Below are positions 60,733-64,000 of a stretch of DNA of 64,000 nt, piece after piece. The number at the start of each line of letters is the position of its first letter. The stretch's first letter is position 1. The notes below the pieces were generated by a model, which saw only the letters and a program-made list of their open reading frames with translations, had not been told where the DNA came from and searched no databases. The translations under genes and the position numbers were made by a program. The DNA is from Candidatus Heimdallarchaeum aukensis (GTDB lineage Archaea; Asgardarchaeota; Heimdallarchaeia; Heimdallarchaeales; Heimdallarchaeaceae). The DNA lies in assembly GCA_021513695.1 (NCBI GenBank), contig CP084166.1, positions 2,400,001-2,464,000 on the forward strand, in the 5' to 3' direction.

Positions 60733-63075
60733 ATGCGGATAAAAGTTAGGAATATATTATTAATCTTTTTAATAGTTGTTGGAAGTATATACGTTTCCAA
60801 CATAGCAAATTCTAATATTGAAGGAACAAATATTATAATAACGGAAGTATTATATGATGCTCCTAATTCTGATTCGACTGAAGAGTGGATAGAATTATAC
60901 AACCCTACAGATCAAATTATTTCTATAGACAATTGGATAATTGAAGACAATTATGACTCTTTTACTCTTACAGGAACTTTAGATGCCTATGGATATTTTG
61001 TTATTGCTAAACAATCCTCTGCGTTCAATAGTTTATACGGCTTTAACCCTGATTTGGATGGGATGACGTTAGCTTTGAGTAACTCTGGAGATCAAGTAAG
61101 ACTCAGTGATAATACAGGAGCTGAAGTAGATTTTGTGGCTTGGGAAAATTATGTAAGCGGATGGTCTGTTTCTGCAGTAGATGCTACAATCAGAAGAATA
61201 ACAGCAACAGATACTGATTCTGGTTCTGATTGGGAAAATAGTGGCAGTTTGGGTGATCCTGGAACAGGAAGTTATAGTTCGGGGGGAGAAGATACCACCC
61301 CTCCTACAGTCACTATTACAAGTCCAATAGATGGAGCTACAGTCTATGGGACTGTTCAAATAACTGTTGATGCCACGGATGCAAATGGTATCTCAAGTTA
61401 TGAGATCTACATCGATAATGTTCTAAGAGCTACTTCGTCTTCTTATTCTTGGGATACAACGGTAGAAGAAGATGGAAGCCACACGATCGTTGCTAAAGCC
61501 CAAGACCCATCTGGAAATTGGGGTGAAGATACTATTACCGTTAACGTCGACAACACGAACCCTCCTCCTTCTCCTCCAAGTGATTATGCTAAAATAATGA
61601 CATATAATATAGAACAGAGTGGACTTGATCCAGATTGGAAACAAGTAGTAAAAGAAGAAAATCCCGATATTGTTATTTTCGTAGAAACAGGAACTTGGGA
61701 TGATAACAATAACGAGCTTCTAAATCAGTATGTTAATGAGTTTAATAGTTATTTTGTCGATGAAGCACCCTATGTAGGATATACAGCTCAGGATATAACT
61801 TATTCTACAAGTGGAGAAGCAATAATGAGCAGATATCCCATAATAGAGAATACTCAGATACCAATTGTATCATTAGATGATGGTTCCAGTTATGATGTTA
61901 CCCATGATTTTATGTCGTGGAAGGTAAATATCAGTGGAACACCAGTATATATTATTGGTGCTCATCTTAAGGCAAGCTCAGGCTCTGATAATGAATGGAG
62001 AAGAGAACGTGAACAAGAAGGAATCATTAATTATATGGATAGTTTGGGAGAAGTACCTATAATCTACATGGGTGATCTTAACTCTTTTTCTCCAGAAGAT
62101 ACAGGAGACTTAGCACCTTTAGGAGATTTAGGTTATGGTCCAATGACAATGACTATTTGGCCTGATGATCCAACTTATGGACAATATTCTTCGCAAAATC
62201 ATCTTTTCACTGATGTTTTCAGAACCCTCAATCCTACAGAACCAGGATACACCTATGGACACCAAGATCCTCAATACAAATCAAGAATCGATTATATAGT
62301 AGTGAATGATCACTTGGATGACTTCTTAATCAATTCAACCGTGGGAGATACACCTACAGCTGATACTGGTTCTGATCATTACTGTGTGGATATGTTCATT
62401 GATGTTGCAGCTCTTAATAATGGTGCTCCACCTGATACAACTCCACCTGCAAAGGTTACAGATCTAACTGCTACGCCCATTAGTTCCTCTCAAATTGATT
62501 TATCTTGGACCGCAAACACTGAAGGAGATCTAAGCTACTATAAAATTTATAGAGATGGAGTATTTATTGCTCAAACAACTACAACAGATTACAGTGATAC
62601 AGGATTAGAACCTTCTACAACTTATACATATGAGGTTTCTGCAGTAGATACAAGCAATAACGAAGGAGTGAAATCTGACCCTGTTTCTGCTACAACGGAT
62701 TCAGTAACAACAGAAACAATACATGTAGATAGTATTGTAACAGGACTGTATGTTGGTAGAAAAGATCCTGTTTTTACTGAAACAAATTCCTTCCAGCCTA
62801 AAGATATAGTGATAATACGTGTAAAAATAGTTGATTCCAATGGTATAGCTGTTGAAGGAGTCTCTGTAACTATAACAATTACTGACTCTGAAGGAGATGT
62901 AGTAACACTAACATCAACAACTGACAGCCAAGGTATCGCAGAGTTTTCCTACAGATTAAGTCCAAGAGCTCCTCTAGGTACATATACAATAAATGTAACT
63001 GATGTAAGCTTAAGTGGATATACTTATGATCCTACAGCAAATGTAGTTTCAAGTGTTGATTTTACAGTTAGTTAA
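60733..63075 (+). CDS. secreted/surface protein: lamin-tail domain (LTD) + Ig-like + endonuclease/exonuclease/phosphatase (EEP) + fibronectin-III + C-terminal beta domain; ExeM/NucH-like extracellular nuclease
   Basis: N-terminal signal/anchor MRIKVRNILLIFLIVVGSIYVSN. LTD pattern IIITEVLYDAPNSDSTEEWIELYNPTD...ALSNSGDQVRLSD..VDFVAW. EEP pattern IMTYNIEQSG...PDIVIFVE...GSDHYCVDM. FN3 ...LSWTAN...YKIYRDG...TTYTYEVSAVD. AT-rich TATA-like TTTAAAAT about 28 bp upstream. Confidence 0.75.
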   Translation: MRIKVRNILLIFLIVVGSIYVSNIANSNIEGTNIIITEVLYDAPNSDSTEEWIELYNPTDQIISIDNWIIEDNYDSFTLTGTLDAYGYFVIAKQSSAFNSLYGFNPDLDGMTLALSNSGDQVRLSDNTGAEVDFVAWENYVSGWSVSAVDATIRRITATDTDSGSDWENSGSLGDPGTGSYSSGGEDTTPPTVTITSPIDGATVYGTVQITVDATDANGISSYEIYIDNVLRATSSSYSWDTTVEEDGSHTIVAKAQDPSGNWGEDTITVNVDNTNPPPSPPSDYAKIMTYNIEQSGLDPDWKQVVKEENPDIVIFVETGTWDDNNNELLNQYVNEFNSYFVDEAPYVGYTAQDITYSTSGEAIMSRYPIIENTQIPIVSLDDGSSYDVTHDFMSWKVNISGTPVYIIGAHLKASSGSDNEWRREREQEGIINYMDSLGEVPIIYMGDLNSFSPEDTGDLAPLGDLGYGPMTMTIWPDDPTYGQYSSQNHLFTDVFRTLNPTEPGYTYGHQDPQYKSRIDYIVVNDHLDDFLINSTVGDTPTADTGSDHYCVDMFIDVAALNNGAPPDTTPPAKVTDLTATPISSSQIDLSWTANTEGDLSYYKIYRDGVFIAQTTTTDYSDTGLEPSTTYTYEVSAVDTSNNEGVKSDPVSATTDSVTTETIHVDSIVTGLYVGRKDPVFTETNSFQPKDIVIIRVKIVDSNGIAVEGVSVTITITDSEGDVVTLTSTTDSQGIAEFSYRLSPRAPLGTYTINVTDVSLSGYTYDPTANVVSSVDFTVS

Positions 63076-63217
63076 AGATATTCCCCTTTTTTCTTTTTTA
63101 TTATTTAGCAGAATTTGCTGAAGAATATGCTCAAATTTAAAAATTTGAAACCCACTTTCTTGATTACCTTCAAATTTGTACAGTAAAATATTTAGATTAT
63201 AAAACAAGAGAAATTTT

Positions 63218-64000
63218 ATGGTTTCAATAACATTTTATGGTGCAATTAATGAAATAGGTGGAAATAAAATTCTTATAGAAGGAACCGAGACAAGAGTTTT
63301 CCTAGATTTTGGATTATGTTTTAATCGCTACGGGAATTATTTTTCGCCATATATTACTCCTCGACAAGGATTAAAATTAAAAGATTTTATAGAATTAAAG
63401 CTTTTACCTGATCTTGAAGGTTTATACAGACAAGATTTTGAACAACGTTTTCGAGAAAGTTCTAAAGAACCATTATTTGATGGTGTAGTGCTTTCTCATC
63501 CACATATTGATCATGCAGGATTTATTCCTTTTATACGTTCTGACATTCCTTTTTATGCTTCTGAGGGCTCATTAGCTATACTAAAGGCAATAGAACAGAC
63601 AAGTCAAGGATTTTACGAATTTTTAAAACTTAAAGAGAAGTTCAAAATAAGAGAAAGTAAAAGAGAAAAAGGTAAATATGTACGAGATAAAGATTCAAGT
63701 GTTCAAAGAGAAATTACTACTTTTAAATCAAGTTTTAAAATAGGTGAGTTCACCTTTCATCCTTTTTCTGTTGATCATTCTATTGTTGGTGCAACAGCTT
63801 ATGTAATTGAAACCTCTGAAGGAGCAGTTGTTTATACTGGAGATATACGTTTTCATGGAAGAAAATATGACTTAAGTTGGAAGTTTGTAGAAGAAGCAAG
63901 TAAATATGATCCAATCCTAATGATAACGGAAGGAACAAGAATTCACGAACAGACAACTGTGACAGAACTGCAACTAGAAGATAATTTAAAACGTATAATT
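63218..64000 (+). CDS. MBL-fold beta-CASP ribonuclease (RNase J / aCPSF-like), N-terminal part; continues past window end
   Basis: ATG at 63218. Translation MVSITFYGAINEIGGNKILIEG...VVLSHPHIDHAGFIPF...VDHSIVGATAYVIE...VYTGDIRFHG shows metallo-beta-lactamase motifs HxHxDH, H and D. Open to position 64000. Confidence 0.75.
   Translation, partial: MVSITFYGAINEIGGNKILIEGTETRVFLDFGLCFNRYGNYFSPYITPRQGLKLKDFIELKLLPDLEGLYRQDFEQRFRESSKEPLFDGVVLSHPHIDHAGFIPFIRSDIPFYASEGSLAILKAIEQTSQGFYEFLKLKEKFKIRESKREKGKYVRDKDSSVQREITTFKSSFKIGEFTFHPFSVDHSIVGATAYVIETSEGAVVYTGDIRFHGRKYDLSWKFVEEASKYDPILMITEGTRIHEQTTVTELQLEDNLKRII

Overview
This 64 kb window is AT-rich (roughly 30% GC by eye), gene-dense, and coded on both strands. 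I found no rRNA, tRNA or CRISPR array. Archaeal hallmarks are present: a NikR regulator, FMN-dependent type-2 IPP isomerase, a split class I fumarate hydratase (beta+alpha), a CDP-alcohol phosphatidyltransferase, THUMP and Mut7-C/AMMECR1 proteins, and TTG/GTG starts with short leaders. Several proteins look eukaryote-like: a Ras/Rab-type small GTPase with a coiled-coil partner, a DRG/Obg GTPase with a TGS domain, an NFACT (Rqc2/NEMF-like) protein, two AN1-type zinc fingers fused to M50 site-2 proteases, and possible roadblock/LC7-like domains. By inference this best fits an Asgard (Lokiarchaeota-like) archaeal chromosome segment. Confident enzyme calls are GH2 beta-galactosidase (LacZ-like), GH3 beta-glucosidase, GH31 alpha-glucosidase, S8 subtilisin, MerA with an HMA domain, formate-THF ligase, a Sir2 deacylase, a DEAD-box helicase, a stomatin/SPFH protein, an MBL hydrolase and a partial beta-CASP RNase. 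One IS6-like insertion sequence carries perfect 16-bp terminal inverted repeats and a 9-bp target duplication. The best candidate for an undescribed system lies in an AT-rich stretch at 56.1-63.1 kb. A four-copy 11-bp tandem repeat precedes a tightly overlapping three-gene operon: a small protein, a Rad50/SMC-like ABC ATPase with a central CPTC zinc hook and degenerate signature motif, and a 534-aa protein with a PIN-like N-terminus. A secreted lamin-tail-domain/EEP nuclease gene follows.
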